A stretch of DNA of 60,353 bases, the filler included. It is 3 parts of 3 records of this genome, joined end to end, with 100 filler letters (N's around TTAATTAATTAA, not from the genome) between each part and the next. Parts side by side here need not be neighbours in the genome. Positions count along the whole stretch, not along the records: positions 1 to 28,289 come from DRR723986_3156; 2 more parts are not named here. One strand, written 5' to 3'. Made by a program: the position numbers and the translations under genes. Below the pieces are notes generated by a model. It ran no database searches. It was not told the DNA's origin and was given only the letters and a program-made list of their open reading frames with translations. Shown one piece after another: positions 1-8,797 of this stretch; positions within the stretch are counted from its first letter, which is position 1, and each line of letters starts with the position of its first letter.

Positions 1-487
1 ACAGCATGTGCACTTCGTCGATGATGTAGACTTTGTACTTGGCAGAGACCGGCGCGTAGCGGGCCCCGTCCAGCAGGTCGCGCATGTCGGCGACGCCGGT
101 GCGGCTGGCCGCGTCCAGCTCCAGCACGTCCGGATGGCGCGAGGCCATGATCGCCTCGCAGTGCTCGCCCAGCGGTTTCAGGTTCACCGAGGGGCCGTCA
201 TGGTCGGCGGAGGTGTAGTTCAGCGCCCGGGCCAGCAGGCGGGCCGTGGTCGTCTTGCCGATGCCGCGCACGCCAGTCAGCATGAAAGCGTGGGCAATCC
301 GGCCCGTCTCGAACGCGTTGCGGAGCGTGCGGACCATGGCCTCCTGGCCGATCAGATCTTCGAAAGTGCGGGGCCGGTACTTCCGGGCGAGCACTTCATA
401 GGCGCCGGGCTTTGCCGGGGCTTCGTCCTCTCCGAACATGGAGAAGGTCGCGTCATCGCGCTCGGTATCGGAATCGGTCTCGTTCAT
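1..487 (-). CDS. dnaX: DNA polymerase III subunit gamma/tau, 5' part (runs off the window edge)
   Basis: Absent from the ORF track. Manual minus-strand translation from ATG 487 gives MNETDSD...YEVLARKYRPRTFEDLIGQE...GVRGIGKTT (Walker A)...KYKVYIIDEVHML. Confidence 0.97.
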   Translation of the reverse strand, partial: MNETDSDTERDDATFSMFGEDEAPAKPGAYEVLARKYRPRTFEDLIGQEAMVRTLRNAFETGRIAHAFMLTGVRGIGKTTTARLLARALNYTSADHDGPSVNLKPLGEHCEAIMASRHPDVLELDAASRTGVADMRDLLDGARYAPVSAKYKVYIIDEVHML

Positions 488-542
488 TGGGGCGGACCTT
501 AGCCTCTGCCGGGATCCGGGCCAATGGGGGCGATGACTCGCT

Positions 543-1322
543 TCACCCCTCCAGCAGCTTGTCGCGGATTGTGTCCTGTTGGGCCTCGGTCACGCCGAGG
601 GTTTCGGTGAGGTAGGTGTCTATGGAGCCGACTTCGCCGATGATCGCGCCCATGGCGGTTTCGAGATAGGGCAGCCGCACGCCGATGAAGGGGCGGAAGA
701 CTTCCGGCTCGTAATTCTTGCCGATATGGGCGTTGAACATGGTGGCGATCTCACCGAGGCGCCCGTCCACATCCACGGCCACATTGGTGAGGACGTAGTC
801 GGCGTGGATATCATCCTGCGAAACGCCCAGCACGTGGTGGGTCAGCGCGCAGAGAATGCCGGTACGGTCCTTGCCCGCGGCGCAGTTCACGAGGCCTGCT
901 TCGTCGTCTTTCAGCTCCGCCAGATGGCCGAACCACGTGGCGAACAGCCCCCGGTGGTGCGCCTTGAAGGGCGCGACGCGGTAATAATCTGTCATCCAGG
1001 CTTCGGCCTTTTCGGCGTCGGCCTCGACTTTTGTCAGGAACTGGTGGTGCGGCGCTTCATGCTCTCGGCCGCCATCATGGGTGATGGTCATCGGGGCAGA
1101 CCATTTGCCCGGCTGGCGCTCACGCTCGTCGGGGCGGCGCAAGTCTGCCTGCACGGCGATCCGTTTCTGCCGTATCTGCTGCAGATCGCCATGCGTGGCC
1201 TCAGCGTAATGGCCAGAGCGGAACAGCCGCCCAGGCTTTATACGGCCTCCATGGCGGGAGGCGTAGCCCCCGAAATCCCGGAAATTGCGAACGCCTTCGA
1301 GCGGCAGGATACGATCTTTCAT
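543..1322 (-). CDS. Tyrosine-protein phosphatase (MptpB/IphP-like, Y_phosphatase3 family)
   Basis: N-terminal NFRDFGGY and LFRSG, DLR motif, P-loop NCAAGKDRTG, DYVLTN. Confidence 0.9.
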   Translation of the reverse strand: MKDRILPLEGVRNFRDFGGYASRHGGRIKPGRLFRSGHYAEATHGDLQQIRQKRIAVQADLRRPDERERQPGKWSAPMTITHDGGREHEAPHHQFLTKVEADAEKAEAWMTDYYRVAPFKAHHRGLFATWFGHLAELKDDEAGLVNCAAGKDRTGILCALTHHVLGVSQDDIHADYVLTNVAVDVDGRLGEIATMFNAHIGKNYEPEVFRPFIGVRLPYLETAMGAIIGEVGSIDTYLTETLGVTEAQQDTIRDKLLEG

Positions 1323-1395
1323 ATTGAGGCAGCTAGCGCGGGCTCGCGCGCTCGTCTACCCTGACCCTATGACAAGTCCCTCATAGTGGGGGTTG

Positions 1396-1421
1396 GGAAC
1401 CGAATGTCTTCGCCGGGCGTT
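1396..1421 (+). promoter_or_regulatory. sigmaT/EcfG (ECF15, general stress response)-type promoter
   Basis: GGAAC-N17-CGTT ending 35 nt upstream of ATG 1456; matches the known alphaproteobacterial GGAAC-N16/17-CGTT consensus. Confidence 0.7.
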
Positions 1422-1455
1422 TGAGTCCCGATTGTAACAGAATCAGGAGTTCATA

Positions 1456-2013
1456 ATGGCCCGTCTTCGTTCAATGATTGCTGCTGCCTGCCTTGCAGTT
1501 GGAACGGTTTCCGTCACCGCCTGTTCCACCCTGCCCGACGAGGTGAACCGAGCCGAAATCGACGCCGACAGCCGTCAGGCACTGAACGCGCTTTACGCCA
1601 AGAACGATGCGGCCCGCGCCATCGGCCAGCAGGCCCGCGCCGTGCTGGTCTTCCCGTCCATCGTGAAAGCCGGGCTCGGTATCGGCGGGGCGTATGGCGA
1701 GGGTGAAATGCGCCAGGGCGGCGCGGTCACAGGCTACTACTCCACCTTTACAGGCTCGTGGGGCTTGCAGGCCGGCGCGCAGCAATATGGCTATGCCGTG
1801 TTCCTGATGAATGACGACGCCGTGAAATATGTGCGCGAGTCCGAAGGCTGGGAAATCGGCGTCGGCCCGACGGTCGTGCTGGTGAATGCCGGTGTGGCGC
1901 AGAATCTGTCGACCACGTCGCTGAAGGAAGATGCCTATGCCTTCATCTTCGACCAGAAGGGCCTGATGGCCGGCATCAGCATCGAAGGCACGAAGATCAA
2001 CAAGCTGGACTGA
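1456..2013 (+). CDS. YSC84/SYLF-domain lipoprotein
   Basis: Lipobox VTAC; VFPSIVKAGLGIGGAYGEG, GLQAGAQ and QKGLMAGISIEGTKI motifs; RBS AGGAG. Confidence 0.88.
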   Translation: MARLRSMIAAACLAVGTVSVTACSTLPDEVNRAEIDADSRQALNALYAKNDAARAIGQQARAVLVFPSIVKAGLGIGGAYGEGEMRQGGAVTGYYSTFTGSWGLQAGAQQYGYAVFLMNDDAVKYVRESEGWEIGVGPTVVLVNAGVAQNLSTTSLKEDAYAFIFDQKGLMAGISIEGTKINKLD

Positions 2014-2035
2014 TCAGCCCTTCCTAAAAATCCTG

Positions 2036-2065
2036 CGCCCGTTGGCCTCCCCCGGCCAGCGGGCG
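2036..2065 (+). terminator. Stem-loop after the YSC84 gene, probable terminator
   Basis: cgcccgttggcc-tccccc-ggccagcgggcg followed by ttatcattt (weak U tract). Confidence 0.5.
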
Positions 2066-2151
2066 TTATCATTTGCCTCATATCGGGCTTGCCGGAATAC
2101 AATTTAGCCTTGAATGTTTGGGCAAGTCTGAAATTGGGAGAGGGGGACGAA

Positions 2152-3036
2152 ATGATTCCGGAATGGGTTCTGCGCTGGGTCGCCCTCAGCCTGTTGGCAT
2201 TCATCACATTTATCTTCCTGGTGCTTGGTGCTGCCGTACTCAGCGGCCTGACAAATGAGCTGTTTCTCGGATTTCTCAACATGACCTGGCCGCCCGCGGA
2301 GACGGTCACCGAGTTCGAGGTCGATTCGCGGCGGGAACTTTCCTTCTCGATTCTGAATTATGGTATCACGGCCCTCGGCACGGCTTGGGTGGCGTCTTTT
2401 GCCTATCTCGTTGTCATGAGGAATCAGCAGAAGCAGGCCGAGCAGCAACTGAGCCTGGAGCGTCTGAGACTGACCACCGAACTGGATGAACAGATTCTCG
2501 GGGTCCTGGATTCCGAAGCGGTGGTCGATTTTGACGGCGACGGCAACATGCAGCGCATCCGGCTGGTAAGTGTGCTGGACCGGAATACCGAATGGCGCCC
2601 GACAACCGAACGCGACTGGCGATACCGCGAAGGACAGCGCACCGTTCCCTTCGTCCAGTCTTCAAGCGTGGTCGGCCCTGACGCCGAAGTCGGATTGACA
2701 GCCCTGCACCATTACCTGGCGTGGGTTCGCCGCATCGCCAGAGCGAATGAGACCGGCGTTCTTACGGAACAGGATGTACTGTTATTCTGGCGCTGGATCA
2801 TCGTCGCCTGCTACCGTAACCGTTTCACGTTCCTGTGCGATATCTTCTACAAAGACGATATGCTCGATCTTGTCAGGATCTCTGACCAGATTGTACGGAC
2901 GGGGCAGAGTCATGGCAGCGGCCGGGATTTCGTCAAATACCTGCGCGGTATCGGCGACCCAGCGCTGATCGCCCTCTTGTCGGAAGAAGCCCGGGCGATC
3001 ATAGCCGCGCCGGAGGAATCCCCGGCCACGGCCTAG
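2152..3036 (+). CDS. Hypothetical membrane protein (two N-terminal TM helices plus a soluble domain)
   Basis: ORF 2089..3036; the preferred start is ATG 2152 after a purine-rich RBS (GGAGAGGGGG); two hydrophobic segments. Confidence 0.75.
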   Translation: MIPEWVLRWVALSLLAFITFIFLVLGAAVLSGLTNELFLGFLNMTWPPAETVTEFEVDSRRELSFSILNYGITALGTAWVASFAYLVVMRNQQKQAEQQLSLERLRLTTELDEQILGVLDSEAVVDFDGDGNMQRIRLVSVLDRNTEWRPTTERDWRYREGQRTVPFVQSSSVVGPDAEVGLTALHHYLAWVRRIARANETGVLTEQDVLLFWRWIIVACYRNRFTFLCDIFYKDDMLDLVRISDQIVRTGQSHGSGRDFVKYLRGIGDPALIALLSEEARAIIAAPEESPATA

Positions 3037-3052
3037 ATCCATCGGTCGCCTC

Positions 3053-4504
3053 TTAACGGAACGGCGGTTCGTCGAAGCTACGGAGTTTGCGGCTGTGGAG
3101 CTTTGCGCCCTTGTCGGCGGCGAGGCGTTCCAGCGTCTCGATGCCGATGCGGATATGCTCGCCGATGGCCCGCTCATAGAAGCGGTTGGCGGCGCCGGGC
3201 AGCTTGATCTCGCCATGCAGCGGCTTGTCCGAGACGCAGAGCAACGTGCCATAGGGCACGCGCAGACGGTAGCCATTGGCCGCAATCGTGGCGCTTTCCA
3301 TCTCGATGGCGATGGCGCGTGACTTGTTGAACCGCGGCGCGGAGGCGGAGAAGCGCAGCTCCCAGTTGCGGTCGTCCGTGGTCACCACAGTGCCTGTGCG
3401 TAGGCGCTTTTTCAGTTCGTCCCCTGACTCGCCGGTGACGTGGGCGGCAGATTCCTGCAGCGCGATCTGGACCTCGGCGAGAGCCGGGATCGGGATCTCC
3501 GGCGGCAGGACGGAGTCCAGCACATGGTCTTCCCGCAGATAGGCGTGGGCCAGGACATAGTCGCCAATGGCCTGCGAATGGCGCAGCCCCCCGCAATGCC
3601 CCACCATGACCCAGCATTGCGGACGGATGACCGCCAGATGATCCGTGATCGTCTTCGCATTGGCCGGGCCGACACCAATATTGACCAGCGTGATACCGGT
3701 ATTGCCGGGCGCGCGCAGGTGATAGGCCGGCATCTGTGACCGGCGCCAGGGCGAGGCATCGATCTCCGCGCGGGAGTTTGCGGTCGGTTGTGTGATCTCC
3801 AGCCCGCCCGGCACGGACAGCGAAGTGTAGCGCGCCCCATTGGCGAGCTGTTCCAGCCCCCAGTCGCAGAACGCATCGACATAGCGATGGTAGTTCGTAA
3901 ACAGAATATAGTGCTGGAAATGCTCCACCGGCGTGCCGGTATAATGCTGCAGGCGCTTCAGCGAGAAATCCGTGCGCAGCGCATCGAACAGGGCCAGCGG
4001 GCGTTCGGTGAAGGGCTCGTAGAGTTCGCCATCGGCCACTTCATCGCCGATCTCTGACAGGTCGGGGCTCGGGAAATGGCGGGCGAGTTCGGCCGGGGAA
4101 ATTTCCTCAAGGCCGGAGGCCTGCCCCTGCTCCCACACATAGGCATAGGGCATTTCGGACTGCGAGCGTTCGACGAAGACCTCGATCTCATAATACTTCA
4201 ACAGCGGGGTCAGCTGTTCCATCAGATAGGGACGGAAGAAGTCCGGCCGGGTAAAGGTGGAGATATAAGTGCCCGGCTCCGAGATGCGGCCATAGGAGCG
4301 CGAAATGCGCGGGGCCGGCCCGTCCGGATTGTAGACGATACGGATCTGCGGATAGCAGAACGCGCCGGAGGCCCGCAGCTCGGGGTCGGGCGGCGTGCCT
4401 TCTCGCAGGAATGTATTGAGGGCAGCGGCTTGCGCCTCGACGGCCTCAGCATAGAGCTTTTCGAGGGCGTCAATGACGGCTTCAGGTGTAGTGAGTTTCG
4501 ACAT
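3053..4504 (-). CDS. amn: AMP nucleosidase
   Basis: LFTNYHRYVD, QMPAYHL, NIGVGPANAKTITDHLAV, GHCGGLR, EMESAT, KLRSFDEPPFR. Confidence 0.97.
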   Translation of the reverse strand: MSKLTTPEAVIDALEKLYAEAVEAQAAALNTFLREGTPPDPELRASGAFCYPQIRIVYNPDGPAPRISRSYGRISEPGTYISTFTRPDFFRPYLMEQLTPLLKYYEIEVFVERSQSEMPYAYVWEQGQASGLEEISPAELARHFPSPDLSEIGDEVADGELYEPFTERPLALFDALRTDFSLKRLQHYTGTPVEHFQHYILFTNYHRYVDAFCDWGLEQLANGARYTSLSVPGGLEITQPTANSRAEIDASPWRRSQMPAYHLRAPGNTGITLVNIGVGPANAKTITDHLAVIRPQCWVMVGHCGGLRHSQAIGDYVLAHAYLREDHVLDSVLPPEIPIPALAEVQIALQESAAHVTGESGDELKKRLRTGTVVTTDDRNWELRFSASAPRFNKSRAIAIEMESATIAANGYRLRVPYGTLLCVSDKPLHGEIKLPGAANRFYERAIGEHIRIGIETLERLAADKGAKLHSRKLRSFDEPPFR

Positions 4505-4634
4505 GGCGCCATCTGCCCCAGCGGCATGCGCCTGTCAATTCACCTTATTATGATACCGGCCAGCGGTTAATTCAGCACCGTCTCCCGGCTCGGAACGGGT
4601 CCGGCCGGCGAAAACGCTCATCATTTCAGGCGGG

Positions 4635-5309
4635 TCAGCTGGAATCGAGTACCGGCAGCCAGGACAGGGATGCATCGTGCAGTGTCCAGGACAGTTCGCG
4701 CAGAACGGGCGTATTCTGCGGCCCGGTACAGGCGGCTGGTGGCGTGTCTGCAACCGGCAACGGAAGGGCCTTGTCGGCCCGGATACGGGCGAGCTTGCGG
4801 CGGAAACAGGAGACCTGAGCCTCCGGATCGGCCAGCGCGTCCTCCAGCGCGGCGAACCGGTTCATCAGGCCCATGGCGGGCAGCATGTCATGCGGACCGG
4901 GGCGATGTGCGGGATCCTGTGGTTCTGCCAGCCGGCGATTGCGGGCAGCAAGGCGCGAACCCTTCAGTACGGGCGACGGCGACACCTCCGTCAGCCGGAA
5001 GGCCGGCAAGGGAAAGACGATCTGAACCGGCGGCGCGGCAGGCGGACGCTTGCCGGACAGATCGCGCGGCGGTGCCTGCCGGAATTCCGGCAGCGGTGTC
5101 TCCATCGCCACCAGGAACAGGATGCGGCGCACCAGCGTTTCCAGGCGCTTCAGATCCGCATCCTCCTTCTGGCACACTGCGCGCGGCAGGAAGGCGCGGA
5201 TGCCGAGCGGGCCGAGGCCCAGCCAGCCCGCCAGCGCGGCGGCCTGCTGGCCGGCATAAGCCCAGGCAAGTCCGAGAGAGGAAGAGAGATGGACGGGTGA
5301 AATCATCAT
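4635..5309 (-). CDS. Hypothetical protein
   Basis: ORF 4635..5369; likely start at the MMISP Met (5309). Pro/Arg-rich, no recognised domain. Confidence 0.55.
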   Translation of the reverse strand: MMISPVHLSSSLGLAWAYAGQQAAALAGWLGLGPLGIRAFLPRAVCQKEDADLKRLETLVRRILFLVAMETPLPEFRQAPPRDLSGKRPPAAPPVQIVFPLPAFRLTEVSPSPVLKGSRLAARNRRLAEPQDPAHRPGPHDMLPAMGLMNRFAALEDALADPEAQVSCFRRKLARIRADKALPLPVADTPPAACTGPQNTPVLRELSWTLHDASLSWLPVLDSS

Positions 5310-5434
5310 GTCGCCACCCTGCGCCTGGCCCCTGCCCCGGGAATTCAGATTCGTTCTGTCCCACAGCAAGCAGCGGGTGGGCCGGGCGGCAGGACGCGCG
5401 ATAAGGCAGACGGATCAATCCGGGAGACCTGCTC

Positions 5435-5883
5435 ATGCCATTCCAGATCCTGCCTTTGCAGTCGGAAGACTTCGCCGCCTTGTCCACCGCCAGATGGTGG
5501 ATAGCCACCCCGGCTATCCCTGCCGCGTCAGCCTGGAAGACGCCCGCCCCGGCGAAACCGTATTCCTGCTGAACTACATGCATCACGCTGCCGCAACGCC
5601 TTTCCGGGCCAGCCATGCCATCTTTGTGCGCGAAGGCGCGGCAACCGCAAACCTTCCGCAGGGAGAGGTTCCGGATATGATACGACAGCGGATCATTTCG
5701 TTACGCGCTTTCGATTCGGACGGCATGATGGTGAATGCTGATATTGCAGACGGATTTGACGTTGCGGCAAGCATCGAAACCCTCTTCAGGCATCCGTCCA
5801 CAGATTATATCCACCTCCATTTTGTAAAGCAGGGCTGCTTTGCTGCAAGGGTCGAACGAAGGGGATTTTTGACAGAATTCTGA
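5435..5883 (+). pseudogene. DUF1203-family gene with a frameshift near the 5' end
   Basis: RBS GGGAG then ATG 5435 reads MPFQILPLQSEDFAAL in one frame. The conserved body (PGYPCRVSLEDARPGE...PFRASHAIFV...YIHLH...GCFAARVER) is in another frame from about 5480. Confidence 0.65.
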
Positions 5884-6212
5884 CGGTTCGCCTCTCAGCA
5901 GGTAATGGCAGTAATCGCTGTACCCAGCGTCATACGGCGTAGGTTTGGGCAGGCATGCACGAACAGTGGGCAGACCGGAATCCTACAGGCTTCTGGAAGC
6001 AGTTAGCTGAGAAAACGCTCTTGAAATGCTGCGCTTGCGAGACGATTGTTGCGGTGCAGCACGCGGCCGCTTCGGGGCTGGCCAACGTCTGCCCGGTGAG
6101 TGTGTGTCCGGGTCGGCGTGTTTCGGGGCGATATCGCCGCGTGAGGCAGCCTGAGGGAGGAGTTTCAAAGCCGTTGAGAAGACGGCGCCAAACTCTGAAG
6201 GACTGAATTTCC

Positions 6213-6566
6213 ATGAAAAAACAAATGCTTGCAGCCGCCGCCCTCGTCGCTGTGGTTCCGTTTGCCGCTTCGGCTGAAGTCGTCACGCCGATCTCCGTTG
6301 AAATCTTCTACGATCATGACCTGCTGGCTTCCGAGTCCGGTGCCGAACTCGTGCTCTCCGACATCCGCAGCCAGGCCCGCAGCGCCTGTACCTCTTCCGC
6401 CAGCAAGTTCGGCCGCGGCCCGATGGTCGACCGCAGCTGTGCCGACGACATCATGGCCCAGGCCGCCGTCAAAATCCTCAAGGAACGTGAAGAAATGGGC
6501 CTCAAAACGGCCCCGACTTTCGCCCGTGTCGCAACGGTCGAAACCGCCTCTTACGAACAACGCTAG
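6213..6566 (+). CDS. UrcA-family periplasmic protein
   Basis: Signal peptide; YDHDLLASESGAELVLSDIRSQARSAC...RSC pattern with two Cys; RBS GAAGGA. Confidence 0.75.
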   Translation: MKKQMLAAAALVAVVPFAASAEVVTPISVEIFYDHDLLASESGAELVLSDIRSQARSACTSSASKFGRGPMVDRSCADDIMAQAAVKILKEREEMGLKTAPTFARVATVETASYEQR

Positions 6567-6591
6567 ACCATTTCCTCCCGGAATAGCGTTG

Positions 6592-6688
6592 GAGGGGCGC
6601 CCGCGGCCACGGGCGCCCCTCACTGATTCCGGCGACAGGGACCGGAATCCGGACACAAGAAAAGCCCGGCCGGAAAACCGAGCTTTTC
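6592..6688. terminator. Three hairpins between convergent genes, the last a probable bidirectional terminator
   Basis: gaggggcgcccg/cgggcgcccctc (6592-6621, perfect 12 bp), gattccgg/ccggaatc (6625-6649), gaaaagcccgg/ccgagcttttc (6659-6688, A/T tracts at both ends). Confidence 0.65.
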
Positions 6689-6715
6689 CGACTGGTCCTG
6701 ACAGCTGGTGGGGGT

Positions 6716-7069
6716 CTAATTCCAGCGGCCGGGTCTGCGGTACCAACCTTTATTGGTCTTCACCCATTGGTCGGGCACCCAGACCGCGCCTGCGCGCGGA
6801 GGTGACCGGTCCCAATGACCGTCGATCCAGACAAAGTCAGTCCCGGTCCAGTTCCAGTAGCCACTGATCCAGACTGACAGGGAAGTCGGACGTGGCGGGA
6901 TGATCACGGTCCGCGGTGGAGGTGGCGCGGTCGTGATGTAAACGGTTCCCGACGGGGGCGGACCATAGTGCCGATGCGGGCCATAGCCTGCGCAGGCTGT
7001 CAGACCGGCGAAGGCAAGCGCGGTAACGGCAGGAAGGATGCGTCTGCTTGCGATGGGTTTGCTTGCCAT
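6716..7069 (-). CDS. YXWGXW-repeat lipoprotein
   Basis: Lipobox LTAC; APPPPR followed by VWISGYWNW, VWIDGHW, VWVPDQW, WYRRPGRW repeats. Confidence 0.85.
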   Translation of the reverse strand: MASKPIASRRILPAVTALAFAGLTACAGYGPHRHYGPPPSGTVYITTAPPPPRTVIIPPRPTSLSVWISGYWNWTGTDFVWIDGHWDRSPPRAGAVWVPDQWVKTNKGWYRRPGRWN

Positions 7070-7083
7070 ATCTCACCCTCCCC

Positions 7084-7725
7084 TCACATGCCGCGATTAT
7101 AGGATTGCAGCTCGCCCCAGCTCAGTTGACCGTCATCATTCGTGTCGGCTTCCAGCCAGGCATTCTCGCCGAACCGCATGTATTCCTCGCGGCTGACGAC
7201 GCCGTCGCCATTGCCGTCCATCACGCGGAAACGCTCTGTCTTGCGAAGGTTTGCCTGCTGGCGCATCAGCGCTTGGCGTTCCGGATTGGCGTCGCTATAG
7301 GGGCCGGGGCCGAACCGTGCGGCGTGGTATTCTTCCAGAGACAGGCCGTTCCCGTCAGCGTCCATCTGGCCATACATGTCTTTGTGCCAGTCCTCGAATT
7401 CGGCGCGGTTGACACGGGCATCGCCGTCGCGGTCGAATTTGCGGATGCGGTCCTGCGTGCCGAGATAAAGCCGGTCACGATCCGGATCGCGGATCATGTC
7501 GCGGTCGCGATCCCGGTCCTGCAGCTTTTCGCGGCCGGACGCCGAATCCATGACGCGCAGCCGGTCACGGTCCAGATCGCCTGACATGTTGCCCATGCCG
7601 GCGCCCTGCCCGGTTCCGCCTTGTCCGCCACCACCTTGGCCGCCGCCTTGCGCTACAGCCAGGCCAGACATCGCAACTGCACCAGCCAGCGCAACCGCCG
7701 CGCCTAAAATCTTCAGTTTCAGCAT
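7084..7725 (-). CDS. Secreted EF-hand calcium-binding protein
   Basis: Signal peptide, Gly/Gln linker, DRDRDR tract; EF loops DRDGDARVNRAE, DGNGDGVVSREE, DTNDDGQLSWGE and a shortened DADGNGLSLEE. Confidence 0.85.
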   Translation of the reverse strand: MLKLKILGAAVALAGAVAMSGLAVAQGGGQGGGGQGGTGQGAGMGNMSGDLDRDRLRVMDSASGREKLQDRDRDRDMIRDPDRDRLYLGTQDRIRKFDRDGDARVNRAEFEDWHKDMYGQMDADGNGLSLEEYHAARFGPGPYSDANPERQALMRQQANLRKTERFRVMDGNGDGVVSREEYMRFGENAWLEADTNDDGQLSWGELQSYNRGM

Positions 7726-7833
7726 CTTTGTCTCCTCATGCTGAACACACCGCAGGCATCAGGCCTACGGACCAAGCCCCCCCAGGCAGGACATGTCTGA
7801 CATGTTAGCCTGACGCCTGCCTGACGGGTGGCG

Positions 7834-8742
7834 CTATTGTTCGAACACGAGTTCGTGCGCCGTATAGTCCAGGGTCAGGACGAAATGTCTGAACAGCCGA
7901 TTCCCCGAATTGCCTTCCCGGACCTCTCCAACAGCGCCGTGATCTGAATAGCGCACATCGATCTCCGGCAATATGAAGGGACCAAGGCCCACATTCTCCA
8001 CAACACCGCTTTTCAGTGTACGCTCTCCCCGCGCCCCGAGCGCTCTCGATTCTTCACCCGCCGCTGCCTCTTCAACCAGGCCAAGGCGTTCGGTCGCAGC
8101 AGTGAAAAGTTCCAGGCCGCCGGATGAACCGGTATCGAGCGAAACGGTAACGGGCTGGTCTTCGATGACGATCCCGAAGACAGGTGTCGGATCATCATCT
8201 GAATTGACGCGAAACGGAACAGTGTAGGATTGCGACACCGGCGTCGACGGCGGCGGAAGCGATCTACGGTCAGCAGCGATGTCGATCAGGCGGGACTTAT
8301 AGTCGATTCGCACAACGCGGCCTTCCAGGAAGCTTCGTCCCAGAATGCCGGCCAGATCGATCTCCAGAGCAGCCCCGAATCCGGAGAGGTCCGCCGCCAG
8401 CGCCTCGATCGGCGGAAAATCCGTACCGCCTATCGTTAGTACAGGGAGCATTGCAGGCATGACGTCCAGACCCGGCCCCTCCCCTGTACCAGCGGCCTCG
8501 CCGATACCGGACCGGTCGATCGGCACATCAAGACGATTGGCTACAGAGATGTCGATGGCCGATGGATCGACACCGGTGTCGAGCATGAAATTCAGGGGCG
8601 CGCCTTCCGCCGGCGTTGCCTGAAGGATGATTTCGTTCTTGCGGAATTCAAACGGAACAGTGGTGATGGGCTCAGGTGCAGGTGCAGTCTGACAGGCCGA
8701 AAGCACAAGCACGAGCGGCAGGGCGAAACCGAGGGTTTTCAC
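7834..8742 (-). CDS. Aspartyl protease-family lipoprotein with two retropepsin-like domains
   Basis: Lipobox LSAC; two DTG motifs (FMLDTG, VSLDTG); GILGRSFL; GTG start. Confidence 0.85.
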   Translation of the reverse strand: MKTLGFALPLVLVLSACQTAPAPEPITTVPFEFRKNEIILQATPAEGAPLNFMLDTGVDPSAIDISVANRLDVPIDRSGIGEAAGTGEGPGLDVMPAMLPVLTIGGTDFPPIEALAADLSGFGAALEIDLAGILGRSFLEGRVVRIDYKSRLIDIAADRRSLPPPSTPVSQSYTVPFRVNSDDDPTPVFGIVIEDQPVTVSLDTGSSGGLELFTAATERLGLVEEAAAGEESRALGARGERTLKSGVVENVGLGPFILPEIDVRYSDHGAVGEVREGNSGNRLFRHFVLTLDYTAHELVFEQ

Positions 8743-8797
8743 GGGGAAGCGACTCCAGAGGGAAAGTACAGAACTTACCAGCAGCTGCTACAGCCCG

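Noticed and set aside
8..502. 164-aa + strand ORF
   Set aside because: Antisense shadow of dnaX, whose motifs are unambiguous on the - strand.
488..1455. SRP RNA (ffs), often found upstream of dnaX
   Set aside because: No SRP-like hairpin or its conserved loop sequence in either nearby intergenic region.
5902..5916. GTAATG/GTAATC (CATTAC-like) words upstream of the urcA-like gene as a UzcR site
   Set aside because: No TTAA partner half-site, and about 300 nt from the start codon.
7484..7580. gatcgc/cggtc-type repeats as a possible DNA array
   Set aside because: Explained by the coding Asp-Arg tract of the EF-hand protein; no repeat-spacer structure.
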